Part shown: positions 1 to 8,670 of the stretch, piece by piece
How the letters are laid out: the number at the start of each line of letters is the position of its first letter
Numbering within the stretch: position 1 is the first letter of the stretch
Source: Nitrosopumilus sp.
Lineage (GTDB): Archaea > Thermoproteota > Nitrososphaeria > Nitrososphaerales > Nitrosopumilaceae
Assembly (NCBI GenBank): GCA_965214775.1
Contig: OZ243974.1
Coordinates: forward strand, 672,001 to 736,000
DNA length: 64,000 nt
Direction: 5' to 3'
Position numbers and translations under genes: made by a program
Notes under the pieces: model-generated
Told to the model about the DNA's origin: nothing
Databases searched by the model: none
The model's input: the letters and a program-made list of their open reading frames with translations, nothing else

Positions 1-25
1 TTTTGACAGCGGAGACTTTTATAGA

Positions 26-757
26 ATGGGAATGTCTCAGATGTGTTTGTCAGACAGAGCGTTGCCTTTAGATGATTCAGATCATAGCTTGCCAGGCAGA
101 GAGCAAGATAGCGATGTTGGATTTTTCAAACCCGAATCTCAAATTGAAGAAAGGCCAAAAAGCAAAGGCATTATGGTTGCCGGAATAGTTTTTGCAGTAG
201 TTGCTGCGGGGTTTTTTTCGTATTATTTTGCAAACCAAGAAAGAATCGATTCAGAGATTCTGGACAATACCATAGTTACAGTCGAGGAGAGAATGGTTGA
301 AAAATACAATGTGGGGCAATTTGGAAGCGATCATGCACACGCTGCAATGGTGATGTTTGTAAAATCAGAAAGATTGAATTTTGGCTTGTCAGAATTCCAG
401 CTGCAAAGCAAGTACATTCATTTTGAGAATCACAACCACTATCAGATTCACAAACATGCAAACAGAGTTCCTCTAGAGATGCTCTTTGTGTCGCTTGGAA
501 TGCAGATAGATTCTGGATGCATGGTGTTGGGCAAAAATCAGTTTTGCCAAGACACAGAGAATTCATTGAGGTTTTTTATCAACGGTGACGAGGCCGGCGG
601 AATTTCGGAATACGAAATAATGCACGGAGACAGAATCCTGATATTTTATGGGGATGACAGATTGCTAGATGTACAGCTAGCATACCTTGACTCACTTGAA
701 ATTCATGAAATTCCCAAACGTGATAAAGTAAATCAAGAAAAAGAGATATTCGTCTGA
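26..757 (+). CDS. Membrane-anchored conserved thaumarchaeal protein (His-rich motifs)
   Basis: 243-aa ORF with one hydrophobic helix (IMVAGIVFAVVAAGFFSYYF) followed by GSDHAHA / YIHFE / IHKHA motifs; true start may be downstream. Confidence 0.7.
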   Translation: MGMSQMCLSDRALPLDDSDHSLPGREQDSDVGFFKPESQIEERPKSKGIMVAGIVFAVVAAGFFSYYFANQERIDSEILDNTIVTVEERMVEKYNVGQFGSDHAHAAMVMFVKSERLNFGLSEFQLQSKYIHFENHNHYQIHKHANRVPLEMLFVSLGMQIDSGCMVLGKNQFCQDTENSLRFFINGDEAGGISEYEIMHGDRILIFYGDDRLLDVQLAYLDSLEIHEIPKRDKVNQEKEIFV

Positions 758-1011
758 GCAAACAGCAATAAAGAAATTTGTAGTTTCATTTATGGCAAAA
801 AGCGTCAGTTGTCTGCGACAGTTCCATTTTGTTTGAGTCGGCTGGTTTCTGCTGCTGCCTGCATTCAGATTTGCACCGTGGCCCCTGCCAGTTGTTCGGC
901 AAGCCCGCCCACTGAACGGCACATCATGTCTGCGATGGTCTTGTCCCTCTTGCGGGATGCAGGTAATACAAATTCGACACACAGTCTCATGTTTTCGCGG
1001 GATTTCGTACG

Positions 1012-1362
1012 CTAACTTCCAGTGGCGTTGTCTGTTGCCTCGGCCTTCACATAACCCCTCCACAGGTCAAGATCATAGCGGTCAGCAACGCATTCGTAGC
1101 TGTCCGTCTGGTAGCTGACTTCCAGAGAGTAATGCTCAAATGATGACAGGGGGTCGTGATCGTCCATGCCGCCGCCCTGCGCCATCTCGGGGCATTGAAA
1201 CGTACTGTCCATGCCGCCGTAGTGGCAAAAGCCGCACGTGTCCTCAACGCATCTTTGCTTGATGGTGTTTTCAAAGTTGTCAAAATGCCCATAATGCTCC
1301 TTGCCGCTATGCGGGAAGAGAAAATATCCCCACACATGCGCGCCTCCCCCGGGGACTTGCAC
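1012..1362 (-). pseudogene. GC-rich hypothetical ORF or gene remnant
   Basis: 116-aa Cys/His-containing ORF in a GC-richer patch; no recognisable family. Confidence 0.3.
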
Positions 1363-1626
1363 GCCAAATACGGCTTATCGGGTACCGGCCAATATGTCTG
1401 GGGTCATATTGAGTCTTGTTTCGTAGCAGATCGGGCTCTGGAAGTTCAGACATGGATTTTGCCACCAAAAGGGGGAGCTCAAACAGAATTCACGCCTAAA
1501 ACCGTAAATCGCTTCCAGAACACGAGATATTAACCTTGTTTCAGGCAAATTTGTTGAAAGAATTAGAGTAAGAATTGTTTTCAGTTAACCGATCATTACA
1601 TTAAAGATAAATTCAACAAATCAACA

Positions 1627-2436
1627 GTGAGAAAATACAAACCCACAATCTCTTACAGGCTAAGAGAGATACCAATCAGGCAAATCAAAGTATGGAAGGA
1701 AGCCCAAGCTCGAAAGCTGGACAGAGAAAACATTTCAGAACTTGCAAAGTCAATTAAAAACGAGGGGTTGTTGAATCCCCCTCTAGTCCAAAAAGAGGGC
1801 AAAGACACATTCTTGCTAATGTCAGGACAAAGAAGGCTGGCCGCAATGAAACGGCTTGGGGCTAAGAAAATTCCAGTGCATGTTCTCACAAGACAGACGG
1901 CATATAACCTAGAGAATGCAAAAGCAGCATCGGTTGTAGAAAACATACACAGAAACGACATGAATCACAGGGATGTTGCAGACTCGTGTAAATTTCTGAC
2001 TGAGCAGATGGGCAAGTCAGCTGCTGCAAAATCTATGGGCATGTCACGGTCAACTCTAAACAAGTATCTGGGATTTTCGGGAGTTCCAGACAGACTAAAG
2101 ATGTTAGTGCCAAAAATTCTTTCACGTGATGAAGTGACAAAATTATATCAGATCATGCCAAATGTCACAAAAGCAGAAAAAATAGCACAAAGAATCTCAA
2201 GGTTAGACCCGGTATTGAAAAAGAAATATCTCCAGGCACTGTCTCAATCACCAAAGTCATCACATCAGAAACTGTTAAAGCGTGCAAGATCCATGCGCAT
2301 AAAACAGAATTTATCGTTCAAGATCTCAAAAACAAATGCAAAAAAGCTTGCAGCGGCATCAAACAAGAACGATGTGTCGCCTGATGAGTTTGCAGGAAAA
2401 ATTATTGCAGATTACCTAAAACGCAAAAGAAGATAG
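1627..2436 (+). CDS. ParB/Spo0J N-terminal domain protein with HTH and possible C-terminal ribbon-helix-helix-like end
   Basis: ELAKSIKNEGLLNPPLV...LMSGQRRLAA ParB box; VVEN-IHRNDM; HTH-like AAAKSMGMSRSTLNKYL; GTG start. Confidence 0.85.
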   Translation: MRKYKPTISYRLREIPIRQIKVWKEAQARKLDRENISELAKSIKNEGLLNPPLVQKEGKDTFLLMSGQRRLAAMKRLGAKKIPVHVLTRQTAYNLENAKAASVVENIHRNDMNHRDVADSCKFLTEQMGKSAAAKSMGMSRSTLNKYLGFSGVPDRLKMLVPKILSRDEVTKLYQIMPNVTKAEKIAQRISRLDPVLKKKYLQALSQSPKSSHQKLLKRARSMRIKQNLSFKISKTNAKKLAAASNKNDVSPDEFAGKIIADYLKRKRR

Positions 2437-2510
2437 GTACGCTTTGTGTTTGTGCAAGTGCTGCCGGCAGACAAAGGTTCTGGGATAGCATATATGATCA
2501 GATACTCCCA

Positions 2511-2646
2511 CATAGGTGATCCGAAATCAGAAACCGCACGAATCTTCCAAGTGGTTTTGCAGATAGTTTGCGTTTGCTGATGTTTTGAGCTGCTTTATAC
2601 AATCGTCTACAAACAATCAGAATCTGCCAGTTTCGAATCAGCTCTC
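2511..2646 (+). mobile_element. MITE family A copy (diverged)
   Basis: cataggtgatccgaaatcag...ccagtttcgaatcagctctc; aligns end to end with copies at 41487 and 61671. Confidence 0.8.
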
Positions 2647-2651
2647 TGCAG

Positions 2652-4031
2652 TCAGCAATCATCAACCCTTGAGATCTCGATCCATTCCCCGCCTTCAAGT
2701 TTGAGGAAGGCATAGTGCATATGACACCTGTCTCCTGCCGGGTCAAACATGATGTGCTCACCAGTTGCACCCTCGTAATTCCACGCGACACGCTTTATTG
2801 CACCTGCCACATCTGCCGGGTTGGATGTCTGAGCGTCCTGCATGGCGCGACCTATGAGATGCACTACGTCGTACGCAAGCATGGCGTGTATGCTGGGCTG
2901 TCTGCCATTGACCTCCAATATGTACTCAGTCACCCTGTCGGCCGCGTTGCTGTCGTAGAACGCCGGTTCGATCACCGTGAACTTCACTTGTTCTGCAAAC
3001 GCCAGCCCTGCCGTGTTGTTGTGCTGTATCTTGCTGGCGTTGGTGCCAAACCACCTCACTTGGCCCAACACGTCGTGGGCCGACGCTGCCTCCATAAAGT
3101 CGTATGTCTCCTCCAATCCCACGTACAGGACTGCCACCTCTGAGGCGTTGCCCGACTGTAGCAAGTCATGCACGGTGTCGGCGAGTGCCTGTATGTGGGA
3201 ATCACTAAACGCGCCATCCTTGCCGTATTTTATGTGATCTGTGGCGCTGCCTCCTGCATCCGTAAAGTCCTCTATGGCAAGCGAAACCGTGCCTGATGCC
3301 CATTCCGTATCGCGACTTATCGGCACGACCGTCCTTATCCCGACCTCACCCTCCATGTACGACGAAAACATGAGGGATCTGATATACTGGCTCTGAATCA
3401 TGCGCATTAGGGAGTCGCCTTCGATGCTCAACGAGCTGATCTCCGAGCAGCAGCTGAACAGCAGCATGCCGTTGGCATCGGCGTACTCGGTCACGTCAGT
3501 CCCAAAGATGTCAATCGATGGACCGGCAACGATCTTAATTCCAGCGTTATTGAGCTCCCTTATCTTCTTGGCCGTTACCTCGCGACTGGTTTGTGTATCA
3601 TGCGTGGACGATTCGAGTCTCCACGAATGGCCTTTCTCTGCTAGGATAGCGTTAAAGTCGTCTAGAGCCAGCATGAATGCCGTGTTTATGTCGCGGCCGT
3701 ACTGTGCAGCCCCACCGGTAAGCGGCGCCAGCATCCCTATGGTTACATTATGGGGCATGTCTGAATCTGCGGCCACGGTAAGATCCGCGCCGCGCTGCAG
3801 TAGTGCCTTGTATGTTGACTCGTACAGGCAGAGCGGATCCAGCGTGTCCATCACATAGAGCTGGCGCCACCCGTTGCACTGCACCGCTAATGGAAAAACT
3901 CCTTTGGCCAGCTGCTGTGACGGGGGGTCAAGTGGCTGCGGGATTTCCGGAACCGTGCCGGACGCTGGCAGCAACACAAGTCCGGACGAGAAGACGGCAA
4001 TCATGGCAAGGAGGGGGATCGCATGTCTCAT
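2652..4031 (-). CDS. ABC-type branched-chain amino acid / periplasmic binding protein type 1, with N-terminal Cys-containing thaumarchaeal domain
   Basis: Signal peptide; VTIGMLAPLTGGAAQYG; AYDVVHLIGRAM; YEGATGEHIMFDPAGDR. Confidence 0.85.
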   Translation of the reverse strand: MRHAIPLLAMIAVFSSGLVLLPASGTVPEIPQPLDPPSQQLAKGVFPLAVQCNGWRQLYVMDTLDPLCLYESTYKALLQRGADLTVAADSDMPHNVTIGMLAPLTGGAAQYGRDINTAFMLALDDFNAILAEKGHSWRLESSTHDTQTSREVTAKKIRELNNAGIKIVAGPSIDIFGTDVTEYADANGMLLFSCCSEISSLSIEGDSLMRMIQSQYIRSLMFSSYMEGEVGIRTVVPISRDTEWASGTVSLAIEDFTDAGGSATDHIKYGKDGAFSDSHIQALADTVHDLLQSGNASEVAVLYVGLEETYDFMEAASAHDVLGQVRWFGTNASKIQHNNTAGLAFAEQVKFTVIEPAFYDSNAADRVTEYILEVNGRQPSIHAMLAYDVVHLIGRAMQDAQTSNPADVAGAIKRVAWNYEGATGEHIMFDPAGDRCHMHYAFLKLEGGEWIEISRVDDC

Positions 4032-4081
4032 AACGATGGCTTGTTTACTGCGTTTCTAATAAAAATGTCGACAGATTCATC

Positions 4082-4744
4082 TTACAATAACACGCAAGAG
4101 TTTGTTTCTTTGTCATATTTTGTTCCGGATCCACATTTAGAACTCTCCAATATGCATGAATTCAGATCTTCATCATAAATAGTTCCAGATCCACATCTAG
4201 AGTTTGGATCATTAGGATCAAATGCTTGTTGGGAAGCTTCGGACTCTGGTGCTGGTTCAGAAACTGCGACTGTCGTGGATTTTTTCATAAAACCGTCAAA
4301 AGTCCCCATTCCATATGCGCCGACTAGAATAACCAAAACCAGAACAGGAATTCCAATCATGATTGGAATTTTAAGATTTGGAGGTTTGTGCGGAGTTTCT
4401 GGTTCAGGGTGCAGATCATTTTTTACTGGCTTGCTTTCGGTTCCAACCTCGAAAATTGAAGCGCCACATGCCATACAGAAATTGGCGCGTAGTGGAGTTG
4501 GTCTTCCACATTTCCAACAATGAATTGCCTTGCCATCGTCCTCAGGCTCATCATCGGTAGCCAAGATTGCAGTGTTTGGTTTTGTAAGGTATTTCTCCCG
4601 TAATTTATCCAGATAATTCGCATCGGTAATCCAGATGGTTTTGTTGTCAATGTAGGATTGCTTGATATGTTCTAGTCGATAAGCATCACCTACTCCCAAT
4701 TTCAACAGAGCATTTACATCATCTACAATATCTGGAGCGTCCAA
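4082..4744 (-). CDS. Zinc-ribbon membrane protein with two C-terminal Cys repeats
   Basis: CWKC...CMAC double zinc ribbon, one TM helix, CGSGTIYDEDLNSC / CGSGTKYDKETNSC; TTG start. Confidence 0.75.
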   Translation of the reverse strand: MDAPDIVDDVNALLKLGVGDAYRLEHIKQSYIDNKTIWITDANYLDKLREKYLTKPNTAILATDDEPEDDGKAIHCWKCGRPTPLRANFCMACGASIFEVGTESKPVKNDLHPEPETPHKPPNLKIPIMIGIPVLVLVILVGAYGMGTFDGFMKKSTTVAVSEPAPESEASQQAFDPNDPNSRCGSGTIYDEDLNSCILESSKCGSGTKYDKETNSCVLL

Positions 4745-5044
4745 TAGGGTTCAGATCACATGGTTGTTCTAAATTGTTTCTGCTTTTGCAAGCCTCTACT
4801 AGGGATATGGCAGGGTTCCAATTCATACCCTCTGGGATCAGCAGTTAGATTAAGCTGGGTTTTTACCAATCAATTGGGTCATCGGCAATACTTGAACGTC
4901 AGATTCTTTGCATTTTTGCAAAATTTCATGAGTTTTCCATACTAGATCCAAAGTGAGTGTGCCGTCCCCTTTTGGAGACATATCTGGTACTTTATACAGA
5001 CACAGTTTGACAGAATCATTTCCAATAGTTTTTGACGTCGCATC

Positions 5045-5173
5045 GGGGTTGTCGCCTAATTCATCAGAATTTCTGAAAATTATACGATGTTATCCGGACT
5101 AGGCGTGCAGGAGGGACGGAAGTTCAGAAAAACGCGCAGATTGGGCCAGACAGGTGAATTAGGCGACAACCCC
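5045..5173. mobile_element. MITE family B (IS256-like ends)
   Basis: Perfect terminal inverted repeat GGGGTTGTCGCCTAATTCA...TGAATTAGGCGACAACCCC; second copy at 37503-37632. Confidence 0.9.
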
Positions 5174-5229
5174 GTTCGGTTGATATAAATCAGCAGTATT
5201 TTTATCTAGACAGGATGGAATGATTTCAA

Positions 5230-5969
5230 TTGAATTCCGTCACGTCTCTAAACAAAAAAATTGCCGATTGCAAAAAATGTCCCAGATTGTCTGCTTACAT
5301 CAGGGATGTGGCAAAAAACAAGATTCGGCGATTCAAAGATGAGAAATACCACGGAAAGCCATTGTCAGGATTCGGAGACATTAATGCAAACTTGTTGATT
5401 ATAGGATTGGCACCTGCTGCCCACGGAGGAAACAGGACAGGCAGGATGTTTACAGGAGACTCGTCTGGGGATTGGCTTGCCAAAGTAATGCATAAACACG
5501 GCTTTGCGTCAATTCCAACCAGCCAGTCAAGAGACGACGGGCTGACTCTAAAAAATGCATACGTTACTGCTGCAGTCAGATGTGCACCACCGCAAAACAA
5601 GCCAACAAGAGATGAAATGGGTGCCTGCTTCCAATAGACCTTATGCGTAATCGGTTTAAATCTAGGATTATTACGAACAAATTCATCTCATTCAGGTCGA
5701 TTACGCATAAAGTCTAATATTTAGAAAAAGAAAAAGAAATCCTGACCAAGGTAACCACGGTTCTTTGTTTGGGAAAAATTGGATATGAAGCTGCCTGTAA
5801 GTTATTTGAAGTAAAGCCGGAGAAATTTGGGCACAATAAATCATTCAAGTATGGACACATACAGATTCTTACGTCCTATCATCCTTCAAAACAGAATACT
5901 CAGACAGGAAGGCTGACTTGGTCTCAATGGTCATCTGTTTTTGCAAAGGCAAAAAGATTGGCAATGTAG
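5230..5969 (+). pseudogene. udg: Uracil-DNA glycosylase (Fe-S, family 5-like) split by an 80-bp MITE
   Basis: CKKCPRL, GLAPAAHGGNRTGRMFTGD, AVRCAPPQNKP in the 5' part; SYHPSKQNTQTG in the 3' part; removing 83 bp restores ...CFQYLEKEKEILTKVTTVLCLGKIGYE... Confidence 0.9.
5636..5715. mobile_element. 80-bp MITE family E inserted in udg
   Basis: 18-bp TIR AGACCTTATGCGTAATCG / CGATTACGCATAAAGTCT (1 mismatch); 3-bp target duplication AAT at 5633-5635 and 5716-5718. Confidence 0.92.
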
Positions 5970-6004
5970 CAAACCTTTATTGTAAAACCAGCCTAAATTA
6001 ATTT

Positions 6005-8314
6005 ATGAAAGAGTTTCTGGTTTTTTTCTTCATTATTGCAGTTATTCCGTTTGCATTTGCCCAAGAATATCCGGACTTGGGAGTCAGGGTTGAAACGGTG
6101 GCAGATAATCTAGCAATCCCATGGAGTATTGACTGGTTTCCAAATGGAGACATCATTTTCACCGAAAGAAACGGAAATCTCAGAGTCATTGAAAATGGGA
6201 AATTGCAGAACATTCCATTGCTATCTCTGAGTGTGGCAGGAGTGGAAGGAGGAATGTTAGGGGTCGCAGTTGATCCAGACTATTCTGAAAATAATTTCAT
6301 CTATCTCTATTACACATACAACGAATTCTTGTCAGCAACACAAAACAGGCTTGTAAGATATCATTACAGTGAGGGGATTCTGACTGAAAGCAAGATTCTG
6401 TTGGATGGAATTCCAGGCGGTCCGGTTCATGACGGGGGAAGAATCCAGTTTGGCCCTGATGGAAAATTATACGTCACAACAGGAGACGCAGGTGAACCAA
6501 ACTTATCACAGGATCTTAATTCTCTGGCAGGAAAGATTTTGAGAATTAACTCTGATGGAACGGTTCCAGAGGACAACCCATGGGAAAATTCACCAGTTTA
6601 TTCAATAGGCCATAGAAATTCCCAGGGGATTGATTGGGACAATGACGGCAACTTGATTGCAACTGATCATGGACCGTCGGGGTGGAGAGGAAGCGCTCAT
6701 GACGAGATAAATCTCATAACTCCGGGCTCAAACCATGGGTGGCCATATGTGATTGGGGACGGGACCGGACAGGGATTGCAAAGTCCAATCTTGCATACAG
6801 GAGATGATACCTGGGCACCATCAGGCGGAGAATTTTATGAGGGGAGCAGGATTTCGCAATGGACAGGAAAATATTTTGTTGCAACGTTAAGAGGAAGTCA
6901 CTTGCACATGGTAGATTTTGATCTGCAAAACAACAAAGTGATTTCAAATGAGAGGTTGTTTCAGGATGATTTTGGAAGGTTACGAGATGTGCAGACAGGT
7001 CCCGATGGATACCTCTACATTCTTACCAGCAATCAAGACGGAAGAGGATTTCCGAATTCCGGTGATGACAAAATTCTAAGAATTGTTCCAACGAGTCCAA
7101 CAGTTAGCAGTTTTGATGATTGTGTGAAAGCCGGTAATCCAATAACGGAATCGTACCCTAGGCAGTGCAGTGACTCTGACGGAATAAGCTTTGTAGAAGA
7201 AGTTGACACATGTGAGGGGATTTCGTTTTTCAATCCGATTAATGCAAAAGCTAGAATAGAGAATTGGGATTCTAGCGCGCTGGTTAGAATCGAGGGATGT
7301 GTGGGCAATCCAGACTTGTCAGAGGGAGTAAACGTAACGATGGTTGATCCTTCAGGAGACGGTGTTCGCAGCAGAGGCGTGACTCCGGAATCAAGCGGCT
7401 CATTTACAGTGTTTTTTGAAGATCAGTTAAACAGACAGGGGAAATATTCGGTGATCATAGAATCAGGAGATTCGACTGAGACGGTCTCGTTTATGTTGGA
7501 GCAAGGGACCAACATCGAGAGCACAGGCGTTCAGATTCAGGCCAGAGACGGATACTGGCAGAATTACTTTGAGCATGACGAGACGGTCTTTGGCGAGGCA
7601 TATTTTTTTGATGGAACAATCGTGCCTGAAAAAGTGAATGTCGGGACGGTGGATATCAGAATGACCAAGCCATCTGGCGAAACAGAGATCATAGCAAATG
7701 ACATTCCAATTACGGATAACTATGTAAAATTCAAGATTCCAATCACAGATGACTTTGATCATGGAAAGTATGTTTTGCGTCCAATCTATACCGTAAATGA
7801 ATTAGCAAGGATTGGAGATTATCAAGGAATATTCTATGTGGGAAAAGAGCAGAACTTTACGTATTTGGATGAGGAGGGTGGAGGACGGCCTCTTAATGTA
7901 AAAGTACAGTACATCGAATATGAGTTGTCACCCATTAGATTCGACAAGGAACAAAAAAGCATTAGCTTTGATTTTGAAAGGCTGGAAGGCAAATTCGCAG
8001 GAGATGGATATTTGCAGTTTGACGGTGACCTAGGATTGCAGATTCAGAGGCCTCTAATTTCACCTCCGTACACAGTCATAATTCAAACGGATGAATACAC
8101 CATAAAGTACGATCCCGGATACATGGTAGGCATTACAGAAAGCGGCTACTACGAATACAGACTGGCGTTGGATGAAGAGGTGAAGAAAGGGACGGTTACG
8201 ATAATCGGAACTTATGTGATTCCAGAATTTGGCCCAATTGCCATAATGATAATGGCTGCGAGTGTTGTGACGGTCATTATGGTTACAGGGCTATCTCCAA
8301 GAATCAGACTGTGA
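6005..8314 (+). CDS. PQQ-dependent glucose/sorbosone dehydrogenase-family protein with extra extracellular domains and PEFG-CTERM anchor
   Basis: HDGGRIQFGPDGKLYVTTGD, SLAGKILRIN, GHRNSQG, FGRLRDVQTGPDG; C-terminal VIPEFG plus TM helix. Confidence 0.9.
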   Translation: MKEFLVFFFIIAVIPFAFAQEYPDLGVRVETVADNLAIPWSIDWFPNGDIIFTERNGNLRVIENGKLQNIPLLSLSVAGVEGGMLGVAVDPDYSENNFIYLYYTYNEFLSATQNRLVRYHYSEGILTESKILLDGIPGGPVHDGGRIQFGPDGKLYVTTGDAGEPNLSQDLNSLAGKILRINSDGTVPEDNPWENSPVYSIGHRNSQGIDWDNDGNLIATDHGPSGWRGSAHDEINLITPGSNHGWPYVIGDGTGQGLQSPILHTGDDTWAPSGGEFYEGSRISQWTGKYFVATLRGSHLHMVDFDLQNNKVISNERLFQDDFGRLRDVQTGPDGYLYILTSNQDGRGFPNSGDDKILRIVPTSPTVSSFDDCVKAGNPITESYPRQCSDSDGISFVEEVDTCEGISFFNPINAKARIENWDSSALVRIEGCVGNPDLSEGVNVTMVDPSGDGVRSRGVTPESSGSFTVFFEDQLNRQGKYSVIIESGDSTETVSFMLEQGTNIESTGVQIQARDGYWQNYFEHDETVFGEAYFFDGTIVPEKVNVGTVDIRMTKPSGETEIIANDIPITDNYVKFKIPITDDFDHGKYVLRPIYTVNELARIGDYQGIFYVGKEQNFTYLDEEGGGRPLNVKVQYIEYELSPIRFDKEQKSISFDFERLEGKFAGDGYLQFDGDLGLQIQRPLISPPYTVIIQTDEYTIKYDPGYMVGITESGYYEYRLALDEEVKKGTVTIIGTYVIPEFGPIAIMIMAASVVTVIMVTGLSPRIRL

Positions 8315-8426
8315 AAGCAGAACGGAATGCAGATGCTCCAAGGCATTTCCGATTTTCAGCCAAATTTCCATCAACAATCAATCACGAAGAGGTGTCAGAA
8401 AAGATAAATTCGGAGATTTTTTCATA

Positions 8427-8533
8427 ACAGTTCGGGTTCTGGAAGCACTTTCTGATTTCAGGTACAAATTCTATTTTGATCGGCAGTCATTAGTAGCAAA
8501 AATTCGTACCTGAACTTACATAACTCGAACTGT
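8427..8533. mobile_element. Palindromic MITE-like element (family C)
   Basis: Outer IR ACAGTTCGGGTT / AACTCGAACTGT and inner IR TTCAGGTAC / GTACCTGAA between convergent genes; single copy in window. Confidence 0.55.
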
Positions 8534-8670
8534 CACAATGGAGCAGATTATACTCCAAAGTCGTCTGCCCTTCTAGAGATACTGGAACAGCCAACAGAAC
8601 AATGCAGATATTGGCTATGCCATAAGGCATGTTTTCTTATCATTGCTATCCAGGAACAGCAATTATGTCA

